A stretch of DNA of 64,000 nucleotides. Origin: Eledone cirrhosa (lineage: Eukaryota). The translations under genes and the position numbers were made by a program. The stretch is taken from assembly GCA_964016885.1 (NCBI GenBank), contig OZ024753.1, positions 29,512,001 through 29,576,000 of the forward strand, read 5' to 3'. Positions 12,500 through 27,877 of this stretch are shown here, one piece after another; position 1 is the first letter of the stretch, and each line of letters starts with the position of its first letter. The notes beneath the pieces were generated by a model. It was not told where the DNA came from, did not search any database, and was given only the letters and a program-made list of their open reading frames with translations.

Positions 12500-13445
12500 C
12501 TAATGTATATATATATATATGTATATGTATATATGTATGTATGTTTATGTGTATGTACGTATGTATGTAGATATGGATGTATGTGTGTGTGTGTGTGTAT
12601 GTATGTATGGTTATGTATGTATGGTTATGTATGTATGTGTGTATATGTATGTTTGTGTGTATGTGTATGTATGTATGTAGATATGTATGTATGTGTGTAT
12701 ATGTATGTATGTATGTATTTACATACACACACATTTACATACACACACATACATAGTATGTGTGTGTATGTAAATGTGTGTGTATGTATGTATGTTTGTG
12801 TGTATGTGTAAGTATGTATGTTTGTGTGTATATGTATGTATGTATGTTTGTGTGTATGCATGTATGCGTGTATGTATTTATATAGGTATGTATATGAATG
12901 TATGTATATCTGTATGTATATACATATGTAAGCATATATGTATGTATATATGTATTATTTATGTATGTATATATATGTCTATATGTATGTATATATGTGT
13001 GTATATATGTATGTATGTATGTATGTATATATGTATGTATTATCTATGTATGTATTTATGTATGCATATGTGTTTGTATGTATGGATGTATATATATGTA
13101 TGTGTATATATATGTATGTATGTGTGGGTGTGGGTGTATGTATGTATGTGTGTGTGTGTTTGTGTGTGTGTTTCAATATATGGGACGGTGTTAAACAAAC
13201 ATTTTCTATATCCACTTATATAATTTTCTATGGTCCTCTTTTAGTGTCACTTCACTATCCGCAGCCGCCATTTTATTTTTCTCCCTCTTACTCATCTTCA
13301 TATATCATACTTTTTCTCTTGCTATCTCTCTCTCTCTCTGTCTCTCTCTTTGTCTCTCTTACTCTCGCTGTGTCTCTTTCTCTCCCTTTTGCTCTCTCTC
13401 TCGCTCTCTTGTTCTCTCTCTCTCTCTCGCTCTCTCTCTCTCTCG

Positions 13446-13532
<87 letters not shown>

Positions 13533-13730
13533 AGCAAGAGATAGATAGAATGTGTGTGGGTATATATATATGTATAATGTATACATATATACATACATAT
13601 ATATATTATACATATATACATATATATATATACACATACATATATATATATTATATATATATACATATATATAATAGTGTGTGTGTGTATGTGTGTGTGT
13701 ATGTGTATGTGTGTGTGTGTGTGTGTATAC
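12500..13730. repeat. Compound (TATG)n/(TG)n/(CT)n/(TA)n/(GA)n microsatellites
   Basis: Directly visible. Source of many spurious ORFs. Confidence 0.9.
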
Positions 13731-14040
13731 ATTAATCGATCTATCTATATGCATATTAGATATGCATAAGTAAGTCTTTGAAAATGTATACTCACATATA
13801 TCAATTCGTGGGTATATATTTATTTCCTTTGATATTCGTGTTCGGAGTTTTGTCAACTTTTATCCCAGGGTACGTGGGTGTATTTCGTCAGTTAAAATAT
13901 TCTACATGTAATAGCCTGTATTGATTTACACACATATGTACATATATACACACATACATACATACGGAAATACATACATACGCACATACATACATACGTA
14001 CGTACATACATACACACATACATACATACGTACGTACATA

Positions 14041-17017
14041 CATGGTGAACGAAATAGCTGGCAATTATCTGAAGGCTATACGATCTAAAGGTGTAGAAAC
14101 GACATTTGAAACGCTTAATATTTTGTTATATGTTTCAGCTGTCACATTGCTATCATATAACACACATCTAAAACCACGCAATCAAGATACAAACAGAAAG
14201 CCTGAACCAGCGTGGATGCGAAATTTAAAAACCAAAATTTTGTCCCTGAGACGAAGTATCTCACACATCGCAGTCGTTATGAAATGCAACATAGAGAGCA
14301 ACTTCACACGACACCAGGAAGACCTAAAAAAAGGGTTAGAGAGACGATTTGGAGATACAAAATTTAAAACTTTGAACTCCAAATTACACCAGTTGAAACA
14401 ACAACTCACAGCTACAACAGAAAGACTAAAATATAAGTCAACAGCACATAAACGACAAGTGCTAAATAGATTGTTTGCCAGAGATCCTAAATCAGTTTAT
14501 CGCAGCTTCGGTGGCAAAAGCTCAATCCCTGTAAATGACACCCCTTCAAAAGAACAGGTTGAGAGCTACTGGAGATCGGTATGGGAAACGGATGACGGAT
14601 TCAACAGACAAACTAATTGGCTAAAAGAACTGGAACAGGACTCCTGCCAACATGTCCAGACAAAACAATATGACATAGATGGGTCAATACTGGAAACAGC
14701 TCTACAGAAAATGTCGAATAGGAAATCGCCAGGCCCAGACCTCATTACAGGATACTGGTTGAAGAATTTCACTTTCTATCGGCAAGATCTCATACGGCTG
14801 TTTACAGACACCATTAAAGGCACACAAGAACTGCCCAGATGGTTATCAACTGCCACTACTCTCCTCATTCCCAAAAATAGCCAAACTACCCTTGCTAAAA
14901 ATTACCGCCCAATAGCCTGCCAAAACATCATGTATAAATTATATACTGGGTGCCTTAACCAGTTCTTACAGGATCACTGTGCTACCAACAACATCATAAC
15001 ACCTGAGCAAGCTGGTGGAAAGAGGGGGGGGTGCATAGATCACCTACTAACTAATAAAATGATTCAGGAAAAAACAACAAAGAATCGCAGAAACATGACT
15101 GTGGTGTGGCTGGACTATCAAAAAGCATTTGATAGTGTACCTCATGGGTAGATTATTAAGGCTTTACAGTTAGCCAAAGTCCCACAACCATTGGTAGCTG
15201 CTGTTGAACGCCTGACCAAGAACTGGTACACCAATTTGATCCTTAGAAGTGAGAAAGAGCAAGTTAAGACTGATAAGATACATTACCAGAAGGGCATCTT
15301 TCAGGGTGATAGCTTGTCGGTGCTACTCTTCGTTCTCTCACTGAATCCACTATCTTACCTACTCAGGAAACAAGGTGGACAAAGAAGTGGGTCCAGAAGT
15401 ATCTCCCATCTTTTCTTTGTTGATGACCTGAAGTTGTATGGGCCAAATATCAATGACATCAAGAAACAATTGGACCTCATTACACAATTTTCAACCGACA
15501 TCAAAATGAAATTTGGTGAGTCCAAGTGGGCATATTTGGCAGTAAAACGTGGAAGAGCTGTGCCCTCCTCTAGAAATCTAGAGATGAACGGCCTGACAAT
15601 ACAACCTCTACAGTCAGGTGACAACTACAGATATCTTGGACAGGATGAGAATGTCAGATATGATGGACCCATAAATAAGGAGAGAACCAGAACTGAATAC
15701 CTCAGAAGAGTAAAGAAAATATGGTCATCAGAACTGTCAGCGTACAACAAATACATTGCCCACAATACTTATGCTGTGCCAATTCTAACGCCAACATTTG
15801 GCCTGCTGAACTGGTCATTGCAAGAACTAAGTGATATGGATGTGAGAACTCGCAAACTTCTCAGTGTTACTGGGAACTTTAACATCAATGGTGATGTGGA
15901 TAGGCTATACTTCTCACGCAAGGAAGGTGGCCGGGGTCTAAAATCCATATTAACAACATATGAGACCCGGATAGTAACACTGAAGCAACACCTTCAACAG
16001 AGGAAAAAGGTTGGCAACCATCTTGCCCAGGTTTATGAGCATGAAAAAAAATATATCATTAGAATAGCGACTGATCTGGAGGAGAGATATGGAATAAAGC
16101 CTGATATAAATCTCTCACCCAGAGAAATCGGAAGATCCTATTCAATGTTCAAACAAGATAAAAAAATTGACCAATTTACAGAAAAAGTTGTGCATGGATA
16201 CTTGAGACGTAAAACACAGATCATAGAGGGGATAAACCACTCAAAAATCCTGGCATGGAGTTCCGACAAGTTTATGACATCACACCTTGAGGGATATCTC
16301 TATGCAATACAGGAACAAGAACTCCCTACCAAATATCTGCTGCACAAAAGAGGAGGGCCAGCAGCTGACAATAAATGTAGGCTATGTAAAACAAAGATCG
16401 AGGATGTAAGCCACATTGTTGCCAGCTGCGAAAGAATGTCATCTCGCTACTACCTCCCCATGAGACACGATGGGATAGCTAGAACCATCTGGAACGCACT
16501 TCGGAAAACAAAATTAACAACAAACGAGGAAGAATATATTGAGACAGATGGCACTAAGGAATACTGGTGGAACCTGAAAATAAAAACTGCCACCAAATTA
16601 AAGCACAACCGGCCTGATATTGTTGTTTGGGACCACACATTGAAAACGTGTTCTGTTGTGGAGATCAGCTGCCCAACGTTGTCAGAAAAATACAGGAGAA
16701 GGAGGACACCTACGGACCATTGATGAGGAGTTTACAAATCCAGTATCAAAGATACACCTTTAGCTTCATACCCATCATTGTTGGAGCTACGGGTTATATA
16801 CCAACCCGCTTGGACCAAAGTATGACTGAACTTGGATTTGCGGACAAAAAGCGCAGCTCCCTAATTCATAGTCTACAAATGGCTGCGATAGCTGGCATCT
16901 TCAAAATTTGCAAAACATTCTTGCGATTCAAGGGATGACAATTTCTTTTCTTTTACAACCTTGCCACTAGGAAGGTGGCCGGTCAAAAAAAATATACTCA
17001 AAATTAAGAGAAAGAGA

Positions 17018-17018
<1 letters not shown>
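14041..17018 (+). mobile_element. R4/Dong-like RLE non-LTR retrotransposon, family A, 5'-truncated, in (TACA)n
   Basis: (TACA)n on both sides (~13930-14041 and 17019-17090). RT plus RLE coding region and an ~80-bp 3' UTR. Confidence 0.9.
14042..16938 (+). pseudogene. RT plus restriction-like endonuclease ORF; in-frame TAG at 15149-15151, frameshift near 16673
   Basis: Motifs KSPGPD, NYRPIAC, WLDYQKAFDSVPH, GIFQGDSLS, FFVDDLKLY, CRLC..H...C, RHD and RPDIVVWD..VEISCP. ORFs 14042 and 15191 share a frame. Confidence 0.92.
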
Positions 17019-17048
<30 letters not shown>

Positions 17049-17091
17049 CATACATACATACATACATACATACATACATTCATACATACAT

Positions 17092-17385
17092 GGCGGCTGC
17101 CAACTCGTTTTCGAGTACGGCCACTACTTTATATCCATGTAGGAGAACACCTACCGATGCGCTGAACGAGTGTGACTTTTTAGTCCGGCCAGCGACTTGA
17201 AAACTCTGGTACAAACACTACACTTGTGACAATTATTGACACATAGTGTTGGGCCCATGGTACCATGTGACGACAAGTGCAGAGAGATCTCCAGACATAA
17301 AGCAATGCCTGTGCCGTGAAGCTTTTATAGTGAGCAAAGGCACTGCACAAAGCCAGTCCCACTCTCTTAACCAAGATGATATTTT
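17092..17385 (-). mobile_element. 5'-truncated copy of the RTE-derived bipartite element with (TATG)n tail
   Basis: Near-identical to 28706-28998. The minus strand encodes CHKCSVCTRVFKSLAGLKSHTRSAHR*. Confidence 0.75.
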
Positions 17386-17585
17386 ACATACATACACACA
17401 GACATACATACATACGTACATACATACATTACATACATACACACATACATACATACATACATACATACATACATACGTACATACATACATACATACATAC
17501 ATACATACATACATACACACATCCGTACATACATACATACATACATACATACATACATACATACATACATACATACATACATACA

Positions 17586-19731
17586 TACTGGTCCCCAAGA
17601 ACAAAGACACCCACTTGGCAAAAAACTACCGACCCATTGCATGCCAGAACCTAATGTATAAGATGTATACAGCCTGCCTCAACCTATTCCTCCAAGATCA
17701 CTGTGAAAATAATAACATCATCACAGATGAACAAGCAGCTGGAAAGAAAAGGGTTTGGGGATGTGTTGAACAACTCCTAATCAACAAAACTGCGATGTCG
17801 GAGGTGCGACAACTTAGGAGGAATATGACTACAGTCTGGCTGGACTACAAGAAAACTTTCGATTCTGTTCCCCACTCTTGGATGATAAAGGCCCTCCAAC
17901 TTGCTAAAGTCCCAGACATTATTGTCAGAGCCATAGAGAGGCTGTCTTCTTCTTGGGCTACTATCCTAAGGTTAAAGACAGAGAGGGAGGACTCTATTTT
18001 CACTGATAAAATAAAATATTACAGGGGTATATTTCAGGGGGACAGTCTCTCTGTGATATTGTTCATCTTGTCATTAAACCCCTTGTCCTTTCTGCTCAAG
18101 AAATGTGAGGGATACATCATTGGCTCACAGGAGGACAGAAATACGAACCTAACCCATAACTTCTTTGTGGACGATCTGAAACTCTATGCCAAGAACATGG
18201 ATGGGATGAAGAAAAATCTTGACCTGGTTACAACGTTCTCAAAGGATATAGGAATGGAGTTTGGCCAAGATAAATGCTCATACATGACTGTAAAGCGGGG
18301 AAAAACAACAACCCAATCTAGCAACATTGTCATCAATGGTTTAACTGTTTCACCGATATCTGATGAGGACTGCTACAGATACCTGGGGATAGATGAGAAC
18401 ATATCCTATAATGGTATCTGTAATAAAGAACGCCTAACCAGGGAATACTACACCCGATTAAGAAAGATCTGGTCATCGGAACTCTCTGCGCAAAACAAAA
18501 CAGTGGCTCACAATGTGTTTGCTGTGCCTGTCCTAACACCAACGTTTGGAATACTCAATTGGACGATAGACGAAATCCGAGCAGTTGATGTTGGAACTCG
18601 AAAAATACTGAACAACACCGGAAACTTCCACATCAACAGTGACATAGACCGCCTTTACTTGAAACGTAGGCAGGGAGGCAGAGGCCTAACATCAGTCCAG
18701 ACAACATTTGAATGTCACATCATATCTCTCCGACAACATCTACGAACCTCGAAGCGTAGGAGCCCGCTTCTCGAGCAAGTCTATCTGCATGAAACAGATA
18801 AGATCATGAGAGTTGGGAAGGAACTCCTTGAGAGATATTCCCTGTGTGATAATCAAATCTCACACCCAGGGATGTCGCTCAGCAGTATCGCAGTGAATCC
18901 ATGGATGAAAAACTGCATGCCTATCAGCAAAAAGTCATGCATGGATATGTTGCCAGGAAGCTTCAGAGTGAGAGTAATATAGATAAGGAAAGTAGTCTAT
19001 CTTGGACCAACAACCGCTATATTGGCTCTCACTTTGAAGGATACGCTTTTGCAATCCAAGAACAGGAGATTAGAACGAAATACCTGATTCACAAAAGAGA
19101 TAGGGATGCAGTCAAAACACCTAGATGTGACAACAAGTGCAGACTCTGCAGAACTAACATCGAGGATATCACCCATGTCATCAGCAGCTGCCCAAAGATG
19201 TCATCGCGGTACTATCTACCTATGAGGCATGATGTAGTGGCCAAAACACTGTACAATGCAGTTTGTAAAAAAGATAGCCCCGATGATAAACACATTAAAA
19301 GCTACAACAATGTGGAAGACATCCGTGTACATAATATGAAAGAGTACTGGTGGAATGTTCCAGTAAAAACCCCAATAAAATGCAGGCATAACAGACCAGA
19401 TATTATGATATGGGACAGGGAGAAGAAAACATGCACAGTAGTGGAAATTAGCTGCCCAGCAGATGCCAATATAATATCAAAGATTAGTGAAAAGGAGAAT
19501 ATTTATGCAGAACTGATGAGAAATCTGCAGATACTCCACCCTGATTACACCTTCAGATTTATGCCTGTGGTTATTGGGGCACTGGGATATGTTAGTAACT
19601 GCCTCAATACAAATCTTGAGAAGCTAGGCTTCACAGGAACAGAAAGAACACAACTAGTTAGGAAATTACAAGTACAATCCATTAATGGAACAGTAAAAAT
19701 ATGTAAAACATTGCAAAAATGTTGCATCTAA
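17586..19731 (+). pseudogene. RT plus RLE ORF, frameshift near 18860
   Basis: Motifs NYRPIACQN, GIFQGDSLS, FFVDDLKLY, CRLC..H...C, RYYLPMRHD and HNRPDIMIWD..VEISCP. Confidence 0.92.
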
Positions 19732-19964
19732 TAACTGCATATACACATGCACAGATACAAAGCATATACACATGCACACATACAACTCAAAACATATACA
19801 CCCACACATACAATAACATCCATATCTACACATGCATGCATGCAGACATACATACATATCTACCTAGTTGATGTGTAAATTCCAATGAGAGAGTCTTGTG
19901 TCTATGTTAGAAACCGACTCTCTCTCTATTGGTAAAACTTTGTGAAATTATAAAACCAGAAGAA
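17586..19964 (+). mobile_element. R4/Dong-like RLE retrotransposon, family B, 5'-truncated, in (TACA)n
   Basis: Begins directly after (TACA)n and ends CCAGAAGAA followed by (TACA)n. 3' UTR shared with the 29406-29900 copy. Confidence 0.92.
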
Positions 19965-20244
19965 TATACATACATACATACATACATACATACATACATA
20001 CATACATACATACATACATACATACATACATACATACATACATACATACATACATACATACATGCTGATGTAATTGGAAATCATCATGCAGGAGTTTTAT
20101 CGAAAAAAATGTAATGTAATAAGAAATGTTTTGAAGATCCAGAACGGAAAAAGTAAGCTTTGCCAACATCAATTTTTTTTGCATGTTATAAAGATATCCT
20201 TTTTATGCATATACCTGGTTCGCTTTTCGATACCCTTTTCCCTT

Positions 20245-20365
<121 letters not shown>

Positions 20366-20494
20366 GTGCGTGTGCGCGTGCGTGCGTGTGTGTGTATGTA
20401 TACATCAAATCAAAAGGTCCTGTAAAAACTCACAATAATCCCCTACGATCAAATAAGCTCGAGGAACAGACTCCGAGCTCTTTATAAATCATAG

Positions 20495-20526
<32 letters not shown>

Positions 20527-20659
20527 AACAGTTCTAGTTTTGTAGAAGCCATTTCTATATTAAATATTTATACTCTGCTATGCATTGAGTACCTTACCTA
20601 CTGTGGTTACCCCCCTCCCCCTCCCCTTTCCCCTCTCCCCCGATTGAACCCGGGATAAA

Positions 20660-20698
<39 letters not shown>

Positions 20699-20815
20699 AG
20701 AACATATTAAAGTTTAAGCAAAGAATCGCTGCTTAAATTATTTATTATTACTATATATATATATATATATATACGATAGTAAACAAATGGAAATTATATT
20801 TATAAAACCATATTT

Positions 20816-20879
20816 ATTTCATTATACATATTTCAGGGATACCATATTAAAAATATGGCATGCCTTCGTCAGATAAAAT
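20816..20879 (-). ncRNA. Minimal hammerhead ribozyme (mirror copy)
   Basis: Reverse complement of 21211-21274. Confidence 0.8.
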
Positions 20880-21210
20880 ACAATATATAAACTGTTTTAT
20901 AAATAATTTTGACGTACCATAAATATAAGCCACCATAAATATAAGCCACCATAAATATAAACCACCATAAATATAAGCCACCATAAATATAAACCACCAT
21001 AAATATAAACCACCATAAATATAAGCCACCATAAATATAAGCCACCATAAATATAAGCCACCATAAATATAAACCACCATAAATATAAGCCACCATAAAT
21101 ATAAACCACCATAAATATAAGCCACCATAAATATAAGCCAGCTTCCTACCTTAATGGTGGCTTATATTTATGGTACGTCAAAATTATTTATAAAACAGTT
21201 TATATATTGT

Positions 21211-21274
21211 ATTTTATCTGACGAAGGCATGCCATATTTTTAATATGGTATCCCTGAAATATGTATAATGAAAT
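21211..21274 (+). ncRNA. Minimal hammerhead ribozyme
   Basis: ATTTTAT-CTGACGA-AGGCATGCCATATT...AATATGGTATCCCT-GAAA-TATGT-ATA-ATGAAAT. 7-bp stem I, long stem II and AUA triplet. Confidence 0.82.
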
Positions 21275-21429
21275 AAATATGGTTTTATAAATATAATTTC
21301 CATTTGTTTACTATCGTATATCTACTCCAAAAACTTGTCGAGTGCTTTATATCGGTTATAAAATATTTACTTGTTGTAACCCAACAATTTTAAATAAAAC
21401 TTTTGCATATATATATATATGGAGAGAGG

Positions 21430-21460
<31 letters not shown>

Positions 21461-21535
21461 GTGCTACCTGAATATGCATAACTAGTGGATATCCTAACAG
21501 TAAAATACAGGAAAATAATACAATATAATAGAATA

Positions 21536-21718
21536 TAATTGTTTCTACTTTAGGCTCAAGGCCAGCAATTACCCAGTGGTACTTTATTTTATCGACCCCG
21601 TAAGGATGAAAGGCAAAGTTAACCTCGGCGGGATTTGAACTCAGAATAGCAAGGGCCGTAACTCTATGCGTCAAAGCATGGCGTCCGACCCTCTACCGAT
21701 ACTGCCAATTCACCGCCC
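21536..21718 (-). mobile_element. tRNA-derived SINE (main family)
   Basis: Full head, core and tail in reverse. Confidence 0.9.
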
Positions 21719-22017
21719 TTATAATACAGTATAATACAGTATAATACATTATAATAGAAGAGAAAAATGCTTCTAAGAATGTTCGGCCACCACATTTTTG
21801 TCATCTATTGGTAAATTATGATTTTACAAACTGGGAATAACACCTGCTACATATTCATAGTAATAGAAATCATGGGATTTAGACAATAATATCTCATCCT
21901 GTAGTCCAGTAAAAGGAAAGAGATATCAATATCCTGCCAAGAAGGAACCAAGTAGATATATCTTCATCTTTCTACATATCTGTCGCCATATTTTCCCCTC
22001 TCCCGTTCCTTTATATA

Positions 22018-22108
<91 letters not shown>

Positions 22109-22239
22109 ACGTATATATATATATATATACACACATATATATATATATGTATGTATATATATATATATGTACATACACACACATATATATATACATATGC
22201 ATATATTTATATGTATGTATACATATATATATATATGTC

Positions 22240-22350
<111 letters not shown>

Positions 22351-22367
22351 GTATATATATATATTCG

Positions 22368-23858
<1,491 letters not shown>

Positions 23859-23912
23859 TATTCAATTCTTTATCAATTTAGAATCTTTTCTCAAAGCACA
23901 TATACATACACC

Positions 23913-24355
23913 TCTTTAAAATATACCCATCTACCTTACTTTAAAGGGCATTATACACTCTATAATACTCGTTTACTCATTACCCTCATCCTATCTTCTC
24001 GTAAAACAATAACATTTGTTTTTGACATTTTGAATATTCATCCGCAATCATTATTATTTTTTTTTTTTCCCTCTATCATAAATCTTTTTAATCTCAATTT
24101 CATCCTTAATTTATTATTATATATATTTTTTTTTTAATATATACTCATATATTCTTTAAAATATACCCATCTACCTTACTTTAAAGGGCATTATACACTC
24201 TATAATACTCGTTTACTCATCACCCTCATTCTATCTCCTCGTAAAACAATAACATTTGTTTTTGACATTTTGAGTATTCATCCGCAATCATTATTATTTT
24301 TTCTCTCTATCATAAATCTTTTTAATCTCAATTTCATCCTTAATTTATTATTATT
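23913..24355 (+). repeat. Direct duplication (~240-bp period) in the PLE 3' region
   Basis: 23913-24118 matches 24153-24355. A second, more diverged pair lies at ~24557-24740 and 24785-24950. Confidence 0.85.
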
Positions 24356-25067
24356 TTTTTCTCCCCATCAACGAACTCATTATTAATACATATGAATTCA
24401 ATATACAAACTTTAACTTCACATTATTTTTCTCAAATCCTTCTACACATAAACTTTTTCTCTTTGCTAATTTTAAAATTCCTACATTTCTTCTTTTGACG
24501 TTAGAATATTCACCCACAATTATTATTTTTTTCTCTCTATCTTCATACACAATTTCCCTTCGTTAATTTTCAAATTCCTTTAATTTATACATTATCTTCC
24601 AACGGTTCCCAACCTCTCTATATTAAAACATTATATCTTTTTCTCAGTTATAAAAACTATCTCTTTCTCTCTATCACCCATCTCTCCCTTTCCACCTTCA
24701 CTCTCATCTCCTCCCCTTTTTTTCATCCTTTCCAACCCCCCCCCCTCCCTAAATATAATATATTTTTTCCTCGCACATATCCTCCCTTCGTTAATTTTCA
24801 AAATTTTTAATTTATACAGTATCTTCCAACGGTTTTCAACCCCTCTATATAAAATATATCTCCTCTCAGTTATAAAAACTATCTCTTTCTCTCTATCACC
24901 CATCTCTCCCTCTCATCTCCTTCCCTTTTCATCCTTTTCTCTCCCCCCCCTCTCTAAATAAAATATGTTTCCCAATATCACACATCAATCTAAAACCACT
25001 TTTCATATGTTGATTTAAAACTGCACTATCAACAAGTGTTTTTTTAGCCTTCATATCATGTTCTCCT

Positions 25068-25136
25068 GTTTTATCTGATGAAAACACAAATATTATTGTT
25101 TGATGATGTTTGTTTTTGAAATGCGCATAATAAAAT
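25068..25136 (+). ncRNA. Minimal hammerhead ribozyme at the PLE 3' end
   Basis: GTTTTAT-CTGATGA-(~16-bp stem II)-GAAA-TGCGC-ATA-ATAAAAT. Perfect palindromic stem III ATGCGCAT. Confidence 0.85.
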
Positions 25137-25167
25137 ATATTGAACTCCTTTAACCATCTTTTGATCT

Positions 25168-25268
<101 letters not shown>

Positions 25269-25467
25269 TATATATACATGTATTTATATATATTTATGTA
25301 TATATATATATATGTATGTATATGTGTGTGTCTGTATGCGTGTTTGTGTATATAGGCTGGAGAGCTAACAGCTGCTCGTATTCCTTCAGCTAAATTACTT
25401 TTTATTTCACAAATTTATTTCTTACATACGCATAGAATTGTATGAATGTGTGTGTCTCTGTATGTAT

Positions 25468-25506
<39 letters not shown>

Positions 25507-25516
25507 TACACACACT

Positions 25517-25609
<93 letters not shown>

Positions 25610-25688
25610 CAAAATATTAATAAATGAAGACGTTCACATAATCAAAATATATGTTTTATATATATTTCGGAGGCACTATGCTGTTTTT

Positions 25689-25850
25689 ACAGCTCGAGAC
25701 GCGATTATTGTGTGGATCTGTCTGATTCTGGACGAGTCCAGGATCAAACAGATCCAAACAATGATCGCATGTCGAGCTGTCCGCCGGCGAAACAATTGTA
25801 ACACACAATAAATTGAGTTCTGATGCATCACTGATTTTTCGTTTTCTATT
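25689..25850 (+). mobile_element. Long-stem-II hammerhead family copy whose 5' half is replaced by an inversion
   Basis: Imperfect hairpin 25689-25780, then GAAAC-AATT-GTA..AATAAA..TGATGCATCACTGATT, matching the 4700-4800 minus copy. Confidence 0.7.
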
Positions 25851-26057
25851 CTATCATACTCTGCTCTGTAAGAACATAGAGTGCTCAACCGGCATACCGC
25901 CTATGGAAGCATCTTAGCTACCATCAGACACACATATATATATATATATAAAGTAAACGATCGACTTTTCGTCAAATCGGACCGAGGAAACAATGTTTCC
26001 ATTGGTCTTTCCAATTGTTAATACTATCTATCGGTCGCAACTCCAGGAAGAAGGAGA

Positions 26058-26170
26058 AACGTGAAATAAAGTGTCTTGCTTAAGGACAACGCATCGCCTG
26101 GTCCGGGAATCGAACTCACAACCTCACGATTGCAAATCCAATTCTCTAACCACTCAGCCACACGCCTTCA
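26058..26170 (-). mobile_element. tRNA-derived SINE head of a second family
   Basis: Minus strand TGGCTGAGTGGTTAG (A box), GAGTTCGATTCC (B box), then GTTGTCCTTAAGCAAGACACTT. Related copy at 39050-39206. Confidence 0.8.
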
Positions 26171-26205
26171 TATATATATACATATGAATGCATATACATA
26201 CATAC

Positions 26206-26259
<54 letters not shown>

Positions 26260-26268
26260 GTGTGTGTG

Positions 26269-26400
<132 letters not shown>

Positions 26401-26471
26401 AAGGTTAAACAAGGTTCAATGAATAAATCAATGAATAAAGTTTTACAATAGAGTAGAAGCAAGCGTCATCT

Positions 26472-26538
26472 TATTTTATCTGATGGGTACTTACTGTTGA
26501 AAATAGCTCAGTACCTCTGAAATATGTATAATAAAATA
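26472..26538 (+). ncRNA. Decayed hammerhead related to the 21211 type
   Basis: TATTTTAT-CTGATG-GGTAC...GTACCTCT-GAAATATGTATA-ATAAAATA. Core A9 is missing. Confidence 0.55.
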
Positions 26539-26949
26539 TACTTGATCACACGAATGTCTATATTTGTTAATATTTTGAATTAATATATATATATATATAT
26601 ATATATATGAATGTATGTATGTATGTATGTATATGCATTCATATGTATTTTCAATGAGGGTTGTTTTCAGGTCAGGAAACGCCGAGGTTATGCCCTATAG
26701 AGAGAACATTCATGTTCTAAAAAACCAAACATTCTCGACTTAATTACTTCTCATTAATCTCAGAACCAAGTTCGAACCACGATCTCATAGTCCGAGTGTT
26801 TATATATGAGACAGTATCTGCAATAAATCATCTTGTCTGGAACACTCTCTGTTGATCCTGGGACCTTCCAAGTTCAGAGCAGGATTTTTGTTACAAAAAA
26901 GACTAAATCGACAAAGGATGTGTTTACAAATATAAACATACATTTTGTT

Positions 26950-27435
26950 GCTATACATCTACAATTTAACGTAATCTCGACCTATACAAGTACAATATAA
27001 CGTAATCTCGACTTATACATCTACAATATAACGTACTCTCGACTTATATATCTAAAATATAACGTGCTCTCAACCTATACATCGTCAATATAACGTACTC
27101 TCGACTTATATATCTAAAATATAACGTGCTCTCAACCTATACATCAACAATATAACGTAATCTCGACCTATATCTACAATATAACATACTCTTGAATTAT
27201 ACATCTTCAATATAACATACTCTCGACCTAGACAACTACAATATAATGTACTCTCGACCTATACATCTACAATGTAACATACTCTCGACCTATACAACTA
27301 CAATATAACATGCTCTCGACCTATACATCTACAATATAACATACTGTTGACTTATACATCGTCAATATAACATACTCTCGAACTATACATTTATAATATA
27401 ACATACTCTCAATCTATACATCCCCAATATAATAT
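26950..27435. repeat. 31-bp minisatellite, ~15 diverged copies
   Basis: Unit approximately TACAATATAACATACTCTCGACCTATACATC. Confidence 0.9.
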
Positions 27436-27477
27436 ACACTTGATCGAACACACTGCAACCAACTATTTATGCACTAT

Positions 27478-27877
27478 ATTCTCGATAAAACCATATCTAA
27501 GATCTTAGAAAGTAAAGGACAAATTAAAAATAGATTCCCCTGAAAAAGCAGAACAAAGTGGTTTGGCTGAAACGCTTCTGATCATAAATCGAATTGATCA
27601 AGGTTAAAATATTACTAAACAACGACTTATTTGTCATTGTCTGTAGCGATGAGTCGCTTCTGAGTTCCGTGCGCTAGATTCTCAATAAAACCATATGTAA
27701 GATCTTGGGAAATAAAGGACATATTAGAAAATGTAGTACTGGATTCCTCCGAAAAGGCAGAACTAAATGGCAATGGCTGGAACCGTTCTGATCATAAATC
27801 TGCTTAATCACATAATTACTAAACAATAACTACCACTATTTCGTCCATAGCGATGGTTTCACGCATTTCTGAGTTCC
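27478..27877. repeat. Diverged ~200-bp tandem duplication (probably SINE tail sequence)
   Basis: ATTCTC.ATAAAACCATAT.TAAGATCTT...TTCTGATCATAAATC...TTCTGAGTTCC occurs twice. Confidence 0.75.

Larger units (their letters stand above)
20771..21320. mobile_element. Fold-back PLE-like element: ~165-bp perfect inverted arms around a 16-bp minisatellite
   Basis: Arms at ~20771-20936 and 21154-21320. ATAAATATAA(G/A)CCACC x~14 at 20919-21140. Confidence 0.85.

Noticed and set aside
17246-17585. N-terminal extension of the 578-aa ORF
   Set aside because: Read-through of an antisense RTE-derived element and (TACA)n, not part of the retrotransposon protein.
26090-26170. tRNA gene
   Set aside because: The tRNA-like head runs into a SINE body, and a related copy lies at 39050-39206.
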